Notes: generated by a model not told the origin, from the letters alone. DNA of 64,000 nucleotides from Chitinophagales bacterium (GCA_947449695.1 CANFST010000003.1:3248-67247); one strand, 5' to 3'. Counted from the stretch's first letter, positions 31,348 through 40,636 are shown. A program made the numbers and translations.

Positions 31348-32322
31348 ATGAGTCAAGGAGCAATTTCAAAATTCATGGCGCATCATTATCGCCACTTCAA
31401 TTCGGCAGCGATGATGGATGCCGCAAAAGCTTATGTAACACATTTAGATGAAGGTGGCAAAATGATGATAACCCTTGCTGGTGCTATGAGTACAGCTGAG
31501 TTGGGTATTTCATTAGCCGAAATGATTCGTCAGGATAAAGTATCAATTATTAGTTGCACAGGTGCCAATTTGGAAGAAGATGTGATGAATCTTGTTGCTC
31601 ATTCGCATTATAAACGTGTGCCCAATTATCGTGAGTTATCTCCAAAAGAAGAATGGGATTTGTTGGAGAATCATTACAATCGTGTAACCGATACTTGCAT
31701 TCCGGAAGAAGAAGCATTTCGTCGTTTACAAAAACATATTCATGCTATTTGGAAAGATGCAAATGATAAAGGCGAAAGATATTTTCCGCATGAATACATG
31801 TACAAAATGTTGTTGAGCGGTGTGTTAGAACAGTATTATGAAATTGACCCGAAAGACTCATGGATGCTGGCTGCGGCGCAAAAAAATATTCCGATTGTAG
31901 TACCAGGTTGGGAAGATAGCACGATGGGAAATATTTTTGCTTCGTACGTTATTAAAAACGAATTGAAAGCAAGCACCATGAAAAGTGGTATTGAATATAT
32001 GGTGTGGTTAACCGAATGGTACAGAGCTAATTCATCTGGCAAAGGCGTTGGTTTTTTCCAGATTGGTGGCGGCATTGCAGGCGATTTCCCAATTTGTGTT
32101 GTGCCAATGATGTATCAGGATTTGGAATGGCATGATGTTCCGTTTTGGAGCTACTTCTGTCAAATAAGTGACAGCACTACATCTTACGGTTCTTATTCGG
32201 GAGCTGTGCCCAATGAAAAAATTACCTGGGGAAAATTAGATATTACTACACCAAAATTTATTGTAGAAAGTGATGCTACGATTGTTGCACCGCTGATGTT
32301 TGCCTGGATATTGGGTTGGTAA
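31348..32322 (+). CDS. Deoxyhypusine synthase family protein
   Basis: TLAGAMSTAELG, CTGANLEEDV, GGGIAGDF and EKITWGKLD...DATIVAPL align with the region around the catalytic Lys (WGK) of eukaryotic DHS. The first ATG is at 31348. Confidence 0.8.
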   Translation: MSQGAISKFMAHHYRHFNSAAMMDAAKAYVTHLDEGGKMMITLAGAMSTAELGISLAEMIRQDKVSIISCTGANLEEDVMNLVAHSHYKRVPNYRELSPKEEWDLLENHYNRVTDTCIPEEEAFRRLQKHIHAIWKDANDKGERYFPHEYMYKMLLSGVLEQYYEIDPKDSWMLAAAQKNIPIVVPGWEDSTMGNIFASYVIKNELKASTMKSGIEYMVWLTEWYRANSSGKGVGFFQIGGGIAGDFPICVVPMMYQDLEWHDVPFWSYFCQISDSTTSYGSYSGAVPNEKITWGKLDITTPKFIVESDATIVAPLMFAWILGW

Positions 32323-32327
32323 AACAA

Positions 32328-32360
32328 TTTGAAAATGTGGTGATTTGAAAATTTGAAAAT
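32328..32360. repeat. Three copies of TTTGAAAAT
   Basis: The copies lie at 32328-32336, 32344-32352 and 32352-32360. Confidence 0.7.
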
Positions 32361-32370
32361 GAAATACAGC

Positions 32371-32466
32371 TATTTCGTTCCTCAGGATGACAGCCTCATC
32401 CTAAATCCTTCTCCAAAAGAGAAGGACTTTAAATGCAGCCGTCATTCTGAGCGATAGCGAAGAAAC
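32371..32466. repeat. Bacteroidota-type intergenic inverted-repeat element (GTCATYCTGAG arms around an 8-bp hairpin)
   Basis: The left arm ttcgttcctcaggatgacag (32374-32393) is the reverse complement of CTGTCATCCTGAGGAACGAA. The right arm is CCGTCATTCTGAGCGATAGCGAAGAA (32439-32464). The central hairpin is TCCTTCTC caaaa GAGAAGGA (32406-32427). Confidence 0.7.
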
Positions 32467-32607
32467 TAAAATCCTCAATCATGAAAGTGGTTGGGGATTT
32501 TTTGTTTTTGCAAAATATTTTTGAACGGACGCATACAAACATTGAATGGAATTCTGAAAAAAACAATTCCTTTCATCAACTCTGCGCAACTTTATTATTT
32601 TTGAAAC

Positions 32608-33432
32608 ATGAAACAAAGAATCATTTGGGGAATTGTATTTGGCGCAGTATTGATTGGTGTATTCATCAGTCATCAACCATTATTATTTACAGCCGCTATT
32701 ACACTAATTGCGATGTTGTGTTTGCAGGAGTTTTTTCAGATGATTGCATCTTACGATGAAAAATTTGCCGAAGCAAAATCGTTTTACAATTCTTTTGGCG
32801 TTACAGCTGGTGCAGCTATGGTACTGGTTTTTCAGTTGATTGCACAAAACAAAGTGCTGCCTCAATTTGCCTGGATTGCTTTATTGTTGCTTTGGGTAGT
32901 TTTTATTTATGAATTGTTGATGAACGTCAAAGGCAATGTGCTGGCTAATTGCGGCTATTACACTTTGGCAATAGTTTACATTGTTGCACCATTAGCCATG
33001 AGTTCGTATTTGGCATTCGACCACGGAACTTATTATCCATGGCGGATTTTCGGCTTATTTATTTTAATCTGGACAAGCGATTCGATGCAATATTTCAGCG
33101 GAAAATTATTGGGTAAACATAAATTGTACGAACGAATTTCGCCTAAAAAAACTTGGGAAGGAACAATTGGCGGTTTTATTTTTACGATTGTTGCAGGCTA
33201 TACTTTATCGATGTTCCGACCAGAGTTTTCAGCAACACATTGGATGGTAATTGCTGCCTTGGTAGCTGTATTTGGCAGCATTGGCGATTTGGTAGAAAGT
33301 ATGTTTAAGCGACAAATGAATGTTAAAGACAGTGGCAATTTTTTACCTGGGCATGGCGGTGCATTAGACCGATTTGATTCTTTTATTTTTGTGTTACCCT
33401 TCGTAGTGGTTTACTGGATGATCATGCGATAA
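32608..33432 (+). CDS. cdsA: Phosphatidate cytidylyltransferase
   Basis: The signature SMFKRQMNVKDSGNFLPGHGGALDRFDS is present, and the protein is multi-TM. Confidence 0.9.
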   Translation: MKQRIIWGIVFGAVLIGVFISHQPLLFTAAITLIAMLCLQEFFQMIASYDEKFAEAKSFYNSFGVTAGAAMVLVFQLIAQNKVLPQFAWIALLLLWVVFIYELLMNVKGNVLANCGYYTLAIVYIVAPLAMSSYLAFDHGTYYPWRIFGLFILIWTSDSMQYFSGKLLGKHKLYERISPKKTWEGTIGGFIFTIVAGYTLSMFRPEFSATHWMVIAALVAVFGSIGDLVESMFKRQMNVKDSGNFLPGHGGALDRFDSFIFVLPFVVVYWMIMR

Positions 33433-34197
33433 TCAACTCTTGTAATATTTCAACTCACATTTTTCGCCATCAAAGACTGCGTAGGTATTGTAACGCAACC
33501 AATCACCTAAATTGATGTAAATAGAATTATTAGCTATTGAAATATTTAATGGCAAATGCCTATGACCAAAAATAAAATAATCGAAGTGTGTTGTGGCAAT
33601 TTTACGTTTGCAATATTGCAGCAACCATTCGTCATCACCAAAATTTCTCTCATCAGCTAATGCTGTGGCAATACGACTTTTGCGACTGAAATAATTTGCA
33701 ATACCAACACCAATATCTGGGTGTATCCATCTAAAGAGCCATTGAGCTAATGGATTGGTAAAAACTTTTTTCATACGTTTAAATCCTTTATCGCCTGGCC
33801 CTAAGCCATCACCATGTCCAATGAAAAAATGTTTGCCATCAATTTCTTTTTTAATGGGTTTGAAATAAACTGGAATCTGCAATTCTTTTTCAAAATAATC
33901 TTTCATCCACAAATCGTGATTACCTGTAAAAATAAATACGTCAATTCCCTTTTCTTTCAACATCACCAATCGTGAAAAAAAACGAAGAAACCCTTTGGGC
34001 ACCACGGTTTTATACTCGAACCAAAAATCGAAAATATCACCAACAAAATAAACCGCTTTGGCATCGGTTGAAATTTCATCTAAAAATTTGCAGATGCGTT
34101 TTTCACGTTCAAGACTTGCTTGTTCGTTAGGTGTACCTAAATGAAAATCAGAAAGAAAATATGTTTTAGTATTATTCAAATTATTTTTGAATTTCAC
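33433..34197 (-). CDS. lpxH: UDP-2,3-diacylglucosamine diphosphatase (GTG start)
   Basis: The metallophosphoesterase motifs SDFHLG, GDIFDFW, GNHD, GHGD and GHRH are present. Confidence 0.85.
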   Translation of the reverse strand: MKFKNNLNNTKTYFLSDFHLGTPNEQASLEREKRICKFLDEISTDAKAVYFVGDIFDFWFEYKTVVPKGFLRFFSRLVMLKEKGIDVFIFTGNHDLWMKDYFEKELQIPVYFKPIKKEIDGKHFFIGHGDGLGPGDKGFKRMKKVFTNPLAQWLFRWIHPDIGVGIANYFSRKSRIATALADERNFGDDEWLLQYCKRKIATTHFDYFIFGHRHLPLNISIANNSIYINLGDWLRYNTYAVFDGEKCELKYYKS

Positions 34198-34234
34198 AAA
34201 AATAATTTTTTAAAAACAAAAACAACAAATAAGA

Positions 34235-36136
34235 TTATCGAATCAAATTCACATTGCCTTTGACCAAATGTTCTTCGCCAGAATAATCAACAATTAACGC
34301 TTGATAAACATAAGCGCCCGTTTCTTGTGGTTTACCCTTAAATGAACCATCCCAGCCTTGTTCAATATCATGTGAGGCAAAAACTTTTTCGCCCCAACGA
34401 TTAAAAATATCTAATTCTTTTAAATGAAAAATATCAGCAAATTTTCTGAAACTAAAGTCATCATTCACTCCATCCCCATTAGGTGAAAAAGCATTAATCA
34501 AAACTAAATTGTCATCAAATTTTACTTTAATAGTTACACTATCAGATGCTATACAATTATTTTGATTGGTAACCACTACCTTGTAATTTGTTGTATGATG
34601 TGGGTTAGCAATTACTGACGCATTATTAATTGAGTTGAGTTGATAACTTGGTAACCATAAATAATTATAAACCCCAATACAACTTACGTCAGCTCTAATT
34701 GGGGTATATTCATTAGGACCTATAGTTCTATCAGGGCCAACATTAACAGAAAATGATGGCGTAAAAATATTTATACTCAATGTATCAATGCATTGATGTG
34801 CATCACTAATAGTAACTAAATAATTTCCATTACTTAATTGTGTGTTTTTATTGGTCAGATTACCATTGCTCCAAACGTATTGATATGGCTGTGTTCCACC
34901 AACACCAGCTACGGAAATCATACCATCTTTTGAATAATTGCAACTTGGAAAGGTTACATTTTTAGTTAGAAGTGCTAAAGGCTGAGGATTAACTAAACTT
35001 GCATTGCTATTAATGACGCAACCTAATGAATCATGAATTGAAACTGAATAGTTTCCTGAAGATAAATTTGTGATTTTTGAAGCAGTTTGATTGGTATTCC
35101 ATAAGTAAGAAATATTGCCAAATCCCCCCATTACATTAGCTTGTATTGAACCATCATTTTTCCCATTACAACTTATTGGATTAATTGTTAAAGCAGGATT
35201 ATCAAATCTTAAATTAGATACTTTAACAGTAATATTACCTGTTTTTTGAGCTGTAGTTCCACATCCAAAATAACCTATTGCTGTGTAAGTGTTAGTTTGT
35301 GAAGGACTAACCAATATGGAATTACCATTGCCTATCAAATTGCCATTGCAATACCAATTGATAACTTCTGTTGATACTCCACTTGGTATGAATGCCATCC
35401 CTTCATTGGTGGTTGACCAACTCGAATAATTTCTTCCAGATACAATTACAGCTGCATTTCCAATGGAATCATGCAGTGCATGAATTGCTGTTCCGCTATT
35501 CCAAGCTGTACAAATTGGTTTGTTAGCAATGTGCGTTTCAATTATGTTAGATGTTTCGAATAATTTTATCTGCCCTGTAAAAGTTACGCCACAAGTGTAT
35601 TGGCTGTTAACATTATTGTTATACAATGGGACATTGTTATAACTCACAACCAATCTGCGATAGGGTGCATTACCATATACAGCATAACCAATAGTGCCGC
35701 CTGCATGCGGATTCAAATCTTGAAATGGTGCCATGATGCAATTCATTGGCATATTACCTGAATTATTTGGTAAGAAAGCGCCATACCAACTATTCGATTG
35801 CCCTATTGAAAAGCCTATCCAACCATTTGATGATATAATAAATTTTGAATAGGTATTCCCATAAAAACAAAATTTAAAAGGCATTGTTATCGGCAAAGTC
35901 TGATCATCATCATTCAAATTAAAAGTTGTTCCACCTACAAATGGATCTGGTTGAAAACTAATTTGAGAAATGGTATAATTAACGGAAGTAGTTGGTGCAT
36001 TAAGCACTTGGGCATTTAAATGTACTGGCTGGTTTGCACAAATAGTAGTATCACGTGATAACACCATAGTGATTTGAGCAAAACCTACTTCAGAAAAAAG
36101 AAGAGGTAAACATAAAATTAAAAATATCTTTTTCAT
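34235..36136 (-). CDS. T9SS type-B C-terminal-domain (gliding-motility CTD) secreted adhesin-like protein
   Basis: It has a signal peptide. Two SprB-type repeats are present (CNGKNDGSIQANV..., CNYSKDGMISVAG...). The C-terminus is FSPNGDGVNDDF...FNRWGEKVF. Confidence 0.85.
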   Translation of the reverse strand: MKKIFLILCLPLLFSEVGFAQITMVLSRDTTICANQPVHLNAQVLNAPTTSVNYTISQISFQPDPFVGGTTFNLNDDDQTLPITMPFKFCFYGNTYSKFIISSNGWIGFSIGQSNSWYGAFLPNNSGNMPMNCIMAPFQDLNPHAGGTIGYAVYGNAPYRRLVVSYNNVPLYNNNVNSQYTCGVTFTGQIKLFETSNIIETHIANKPICTAWNSGTAIHALHDSIGNAAVIVSGRNYSSWSTTNEGMAFIPSGVSTEVINWYCNGNLIGNGNSILVSPSQTNTYTAIGYFGCGTTAQKTGNITVKVSNLRFDNPALTINPISCNGKNDGSIQANVMGGFGNISYLWNTNQTASKITNLSSGNYSVSIHDSLGCVINSNASLVNPQPLALLTKNVTFPSCNYSKDGMISVAGVGGTQPYQYVWSNGNLTNKNTQLSNGNYLVTISDAHQCIDTLSINIFTPSFSVNVGPDRTIGPNEYTPIRADVSCIGVYNYLWLPSYQLNSINNASVIANPHHTTNYKVVVTNQNNCIASDSVTIKVKFDDNLVLINAFSPNGDGVNDDFSFRKFADIFHLKELDIFNRWGEKVFASHDIEQGWDGSFKGKPQETGAYVYQALIVDYSGEEHLVKGNVNLIR

Positions 36137-36211
36137 GGTTCATAGTTTAGGTTTAAATTTTTCGGAAGTTAAAGTTAAACAAAATAAATTATCTGAATAA
36201 CTTTTTTTAAA

Positions 36212-36248
36212 AAACGAAAGCGAATTTATTTATAATTCGCTTTCGTTT
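36212..36248 (-). terminator. Strong terminator after the MraY-family gene
   Basis: A perfect 15-bp stem forms between AAACGAAAGCGAATT and AATTCGCTTTCGTTT with a 7-nt loop. A T-run follows on the minus strand. Confidence 0.75.
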
Positions 36249-36251
36249 AAA

Positions 36252-37343
36252 TCATTCCAATTCATATTTTCTGATGAATCTGAACCAATGAAAAAAGTTG
36301 TTTACAAATTTTAGTAACACAGTGTAAACAACCGACATCATTACTTGTATCATAATTACAGAACTTACACTCATCCACTGAATCAATAAAACAGACGAGA
36401 AAATAATAGCACAATGCAACAACAATATTTTTTTAGCTGCATTTGCATGTGAAATATTTAACGATAAAAACAAATGATGCAAATGTGTTTTGTCAGCTGC
36501 AAATGGCGATTTACCTTGCTTTGCACGTTGTACAAAAACCCGAATAGTGTCCATCACAGGAATCATCAAACAAGCAGATACTAAAGTGATGATGGCTTCA
36601 GGTGTTGCATTTACAGCACTTATTGTAAATGATTTTTCGATTAAAAATATGCCGCTTGCTGTAAATAAAAAACCTAACAACAAACTACCTGCATCGCCCA
36701 TAAATATTTTAGCCGGATTCCAATTGTAGGAAAGAAAAACTAATAATGAAACCAACAATGGTAACATTAAATACAACCATTGATATTCTCCCAACATAAT
36801 GAATGCAAACGACAACAACACAGTATTCACCAGTGATACAGCACCAACCAAGCCATCAATTCCATCCATCAAGTTGAATGCATTTGTTATTGAAACTATC
36901 AAGAAAATAGTAACAATGTATTGCAATAAAACTGGTAAATGTTGGATGCCAAATAAACCGTGTAATGATGTTAAGCGAATGCCAGAATAAGCCACAGCAA
37001 AGGCACACAATAATTCAATACCAAGGCGGAGTTTTACTGATAAGGAATATTTATCGTCGAAAATGCCCATCACCAATAACACTAATAGACTTGCAGCAAT
37101 TGCGCAATGTTGTGTAACAAATTGTTGTAAATGATGCGAAACAGCATACACTAAAAACAATGAAAAGCCAATAGCAAAGCCACCAACAACTGGTATTGGC
37201 TTGCGATGTACTTTGCGATGATTTGGTTTATCTACCAATCCCAGTCGGCGACTGAATTTGATAGAATAGTTAAAAACCAAGATGGATGCGAATGCCGAAA
37301 AGGCAAGCAACAATAGCGTAGAAATGAAAATATTATTTTGCAT
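36252..37343 (-). CDS. MraY/WecA-family polyprenyl-phosphate N-acetylhexosamine-1-phosphate transferase
   Basis: NAFNLMDGIDGL and FMGDAGS are present, with about 10 TM helices. Confidence 0.85.
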   Translation of the reverse strand: MQNNIFISTLLLLAFSAFASILVFNYSIKFSRRLGLVDKPNHRKVHRKPIPVVGGFAIGFSLFLVYAVSHHLQQFVTQHCAIAASLLVLLVMGIFDDKYSLSVKLRLGIELLCAFAVAYSGIRLTSLHGLFGIQHLPVLLQYIVTIFLIVSITNAFNLMDGIDGLVGAVSLVNTVLLSFAFIMLGEYQWLYLMLPLLVSLLVFLSYNWNPAKIFMGDAGSLLLGFLFTASGIFLIEKSFTISAVNATPEAIITLVSACLMIPVMDTIRVFVQRAKQGKSPFAADKTHLHHLFLSLNISHANAAKKILLLHCAIIFSSVLLIQWMSVSSVIMIQVMMSVVYTVLLKFVNNFFHWFRFIRKYELE

Positions 37344-37381
37344 AGGACAGGAATTTGAGTTTTTTAATGCAGGGAGTAAGC

Positions 37382-38596
37382 TTAGATTTTTTCGTAAAAA
37401 GATTTTGCTTGCTTCAAATGTGAGAGTTCTAAATTGAGCAATGGATGCGATTCGATAGATAAATTTTTAAAAGGATTCACCTGCGATTTTGATTTTTTCA
37501 CACTCACTTTTTCAATCAAGAAAAAATATTTATTAGCAATCACCTTCCAGGTGTAACGGCGACGAGCTATTTCCATCATTTTGTAGCCCATCGAAATAAA
37601 TTCAGGGATATGATGTGTTTGAATAATGTTCACTAAATCATCAGCCGATTTAAAATACAAGGCTGCATTTTCGGTAGTTGATTTATTGTAATTCACATTG
37701 AATGCTATCACAGGCAAACCCAAGTACATAGCCTCTACCAATGAAGGATTGGTGCCACCAGCACTATGCCCATGAATATAAATGGTACAGTTGCCTCTTA
37801 ATAAATCCAATTCGCGTTGATTGTAAATTGGGTCGAGCAAAGTGATGTTTGCAAACGATGAATATTGCGTTCGTAAATTTTTTCCATACTCATTCACGTT
37901 CCAATTTCCCACTATCACCATTTTATGCAAAGGCAATTTTGAAAACGCTTCTAATACCGTATGAATATTATTTTCAGGTTCAATTCTGCAAACTTTAAAA
38001 GCATAGCTTCCATTCAAAAACACATATTTGATGCGGTCTTCGGGCGTTGGTTTTACATTTTGAGTATGGTCGGCACCATATTCAATAATATTACTCAAAG
38101 TTTTATAGCGCATGGCTGTATAATCCTGAATGGATTCATTATCGGCAATATCAGCATGTGAAAATTTAACTGCTAACCATTCCGAAGCCCACAAAAACCA
38201 ACGCAACCATTTGTTCCATTTGTTACGTTTCCATTCAATGCCATCAATAGAAACAATAATTTTTTTGTTGGTAAATAATTTCACAAACGGAAATAAAAAT
38301 CCGCCAGCTACACCCAACACCAATAACACATCTGCTGTGAAAGCCGCATGAATGATGCTTATCGAATCATAAATAACACTCTGTAAGCCATTAGCGTCAA
38401 AAGGCAAATAATGCAATTTTGCACCTTTGTAAAAATTCACACGTTGCTCTTTGGAATATTTCTTCTTCGAGCAATACACCGAAATATCCATTCTGTCATT
38501 TAATTCTTCTACTAAATGTTCGGCTAAAGTTTCAAAGCCGCCATAGTTTGCTGGAATTCCTACCGTGCCGATAATCGCTAATTTTTTCTTACGCAT
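37382..38596 (-). CDS. Glycosyltransferase (DUF1972-type N-terminus plus GT4 C-terminal domain)
   Basis: The N-terminus is KLAIIGTVGIPANYGGFETLAEHL. The C-terminal part carries HGHSAGGTNPSLVEAM. Confidence 0.8.
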   Translation of the reverse strand: MRKKKLAIIGTVGIPANYGGFETLAEHLVEELNDRMDISVYCSKKKYSKEQRVNFYKGAKLHYLPFDANGLQSVIYDSISIIHAAFTADVLLVLGVAGGFLFPFVKLFTNKKIIVSIDGIEWKRNKWNKWLRWFLWASEWLAVKFSHADIADNESIQDYTAMRYKTLSNIIEYGADHTQNVKPTPEDRIKYVFLNGSYAFKVCRIEPENNIHTVLEAFSKLPLHKMVIVGNWNVNEYGKNLRTQYSSFANITLLDPIYNQRELDLLRGNCTIYIHGHSAGGTNPSLVEAMYLGLPVIAFNVNYNKSTTENAALYFKSADDLVNIIQTHHIPEFISMGYKMMEIARRRYTWKVIANKYFFLIEKVSVKKSKSQVNPFKNLSIESHPLLNLELSHLKQAKSFYEKI

Positions 38597-38889
38597 AACT
38601 TTTTGTGTTTTGGTTGAAACCCTTTAAGCCTAAGTTGTGCCAAAACACCAAATGCAGCAAAATCAATACTTTCAGGGCTATGCCAATTTTCAAAATTCCA
38701 CACGGCGGAAAATTTTTCTTCTAAAATGGAAATTAGAAAAGCAAACAATTACGTAAAAAACTGTAAAATCAAAGCTTTGAAGATGTAGAACCGAAAAAGT
38801 TGTTTTATTTTTTCAAGCCTCTATAAAAATTGTTAAACTTATTTTTACAGAATTTATCCAAATTCCATTAAGCGGAATTTAAAATTAAA

Positions 38890-38908
38890 AGCCTTATAAA
38901 AAAAGGCT
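38890..38908 (-). terminator. Terminator-like hairpin after the 39025-40218 gene
   Basis: On the minus strand, AGCCTT, loop tttttat, AAGGCT, followed by TTTAATTTT. Confidence 0.45.
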
Positions 38909-38917
38909 GTATAGCGA

Positions 38918-38954
38918 TTTTCATTATTGATTTGAATTAAATCAATAATGAAAA
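38918..38954. repeat. Perfect 16-bp AT-rich inverted repeat
   Basis: TTTTCATTATTGATTT, loop gaatt, AAATCAATAATGAAAA. Confidence 0.7.
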
Positions 38955-39024
38955 AAAATATTTCCAATTAAAGGAAGATTGCTTTTTTCAGGAAGAATAG
39001 AAATGATAAGAATTATAAAAAAAC

Positions 39025-40218
39025 TTAAAACTTATAATTGAATTTAATAGAAGCAATTCTATTGCCCGATGCTTGACGGTCTTTTATGTTTACATTAAAT
39101 TCATTCACTCTCATTAATCCAAACAAATCTTCCATCGAAATGGTGTTCATGGTCTTACCGTTTTCATCAATCTGTTGAGCCGTAGCGCCAGGGATAAAAT
39201 AAGTTTGTAAACAACGTTCGGAGAATGCAAATCTTGTATCATAATCAATTTCAGGATTGCCGATAGCTTTTAAATAACCATCTAATGAAGTTGGATAAGG
39301 CTTAGAAGCCTTGATAAAACGAGCTTCCGAAACATTGTATGAAACATAACTGCTTGAAGTTGAGTGATAAGAAGCAGATTTTTCATTAGGATTTACTTTA
39401 TAATTATAAGTCGGGTATGCAGAGCTAGAAGATATTTGCCCTGCTGGCACCATATAGGAGTTGTCGCTGTGATACACAGCATAATCATCTACTTTTTTTA
39501 CAAATTTACTTTTTGTAACTGATTCAGATTTTTTTTCTGTTTTCGATAAAGTCTCAGTTGTTTTTTCTTTTGTTTTATTTTCAGAAACTACTGCCAGTTT
39601 TTTTTCTTCTTTAGGAATAGCGGTTGATGAAGAATTATTTTTTTCTGTTTTTGCAGCAACAGGCTTAGGGGCAACTGGTTTTTCAACCACAGATTTTTCT
39701 GTAGCAGGTTCTTTTGGTGTTGTTTTACTTAAGGGCTTTACTGGCTCCGTTTTTGAAATTGATGGTTTCGCAACTGTTAATTCTTTTTCTTCTTTTGGCT
39801 TTTTTTCTTCTTTGGCAGATTTGGCCTCAGCCACTGTTTTTTTTGATGTATCAATAGTAGCTAAAGCATCTTTTGACATAGTATCCTTTGCTGTAACAGT
39901 TGTGTCTAAAGCTAAAGCAGCATCAGCAGTTGTTGCTTCTGTAACTTTTGTGGTATCTGATGCACTTGTTTTAGCATGAAAATGATACACTAATTTTGAA
40001 ACGGCTGGTATGTTTATCTTCGTAAAATTTACAACTAATGTAATTGCAATGTATGATAAAAACAAAACAGCTAACAACACCCCAACAATTTTACCAGTTC
40101 CTGACTTTTTGGTTGAGGTAGTTTTAGCACCCTTTAAATCATCACTAATCGGTGAGGAATTTCCAGATTCTTGTAATGGTTGATTTGTACTATCAGTAGA
40201 ATTATTGATTGGTTCCAT
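39025..40218 (-). CDS. Hypothetical single-pass membrane protein with a Lys/Glu/Thr/Pro-rich linker and a C-terminal globular domain
   Basis: The TM helix is IVGVLLAVLFLSYIAITLVV. About 190 aa of low complexity follow (EKKPKEEKELTVAKP...KPVAPKPVAAK). The last ~150 aa are of ordinary composition. Confidence 0.5.
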   Translation of the reverse strand: MEPINNSTDSTNQPLQESGNSSPISDDLKGAKTTSTKKSGTGKIVGVLLAVLFLSYIAITLVVNFTKINIPAVSKLVYHFHAKTSASDTTKVTEATTADAALALDTTVTAKDTMSKDALATIDTSKKTVAEAKSAKEEKKPKEEKELTVAKPSISKTEPVKPLSKTTPKEPATEKSVVEKPVAPKPVAAKTEKNNSSSTAIPKEEKKLAVVSENKTKEKTTETLSKTEKKSESVTKSKFVKKVDDYAVYHSDNSYMVPAGQISSSSAYPTYNYKVNPNEKSASYHSTSSSYVSYNVSEARFIKASKPYPTSLDGYLKAIGNPEIDYDTRFAFSERCLQTYFIPGATAQQIDENGKTMNTISMEDLFGLMRVNEFNVNIKDRQASGNRIASIKFNYKF

Positions 40219-40294
40219 TTTTTATTAAAAATATTTTACAAAAAAAAATAAAATCGTGTTCATTTCAAAACTATTTCCTGCTTGTATTTGCACA

Positions 40295-40636
40295 TTATTT
40301 TGTTTCTAAATGAAATTTATGAAGAAATCTATGCACAATAGGTGTGAGAAAAATACCGACACATGTAATAAACAATATACCACTAATAATAGCATAAACC
40401 GAAGCAAAAACTTTACCCCAATTATAAGCTATATCTTTTGTTGGTCCCATACCACTCATAATCATGGCTGCATTTAGCAGTGAATCATACCAACCAAAAT
40501 TGCAAGTAATGCGATAGCCCATAATACCAACCATTAACCAAATAATCAATATTGAGAATGCTAAAATACTCGTTTTCAAAATACGCAGCAGCAAGGTTCG
40601 TCTGCTTGCTAATGGATGATGTTTTTTTTCGTACAT
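40295..40636 (-). CDS. Minimal two-TM potassium-channel-like pore protein with a non-canonical filter
   Basis: The layout is TM1 (ILAFSILIIWLMVGIMGY), pore-helix-like WYDSLLNAAMIMSGMGP, then WGKVFASVYAIISGILFITCVGIF. This parallels KcsA LWWSVETATTVGYGD...WGRCVAVVVMVAGITSF. The gene starts 7 nt after the fbp stop. Confidence 0.55.
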   Translation of the reverse strand: MYEKKHHPLASRRTLLLRILKTSILAFSILIIWLMVGIMGYRITCNFGWYDSLLNAAMIMSGMGPTKDIAYNWGKVFASVYAIISGILFITCVGIFLTPIVHRFLHKFHLETK

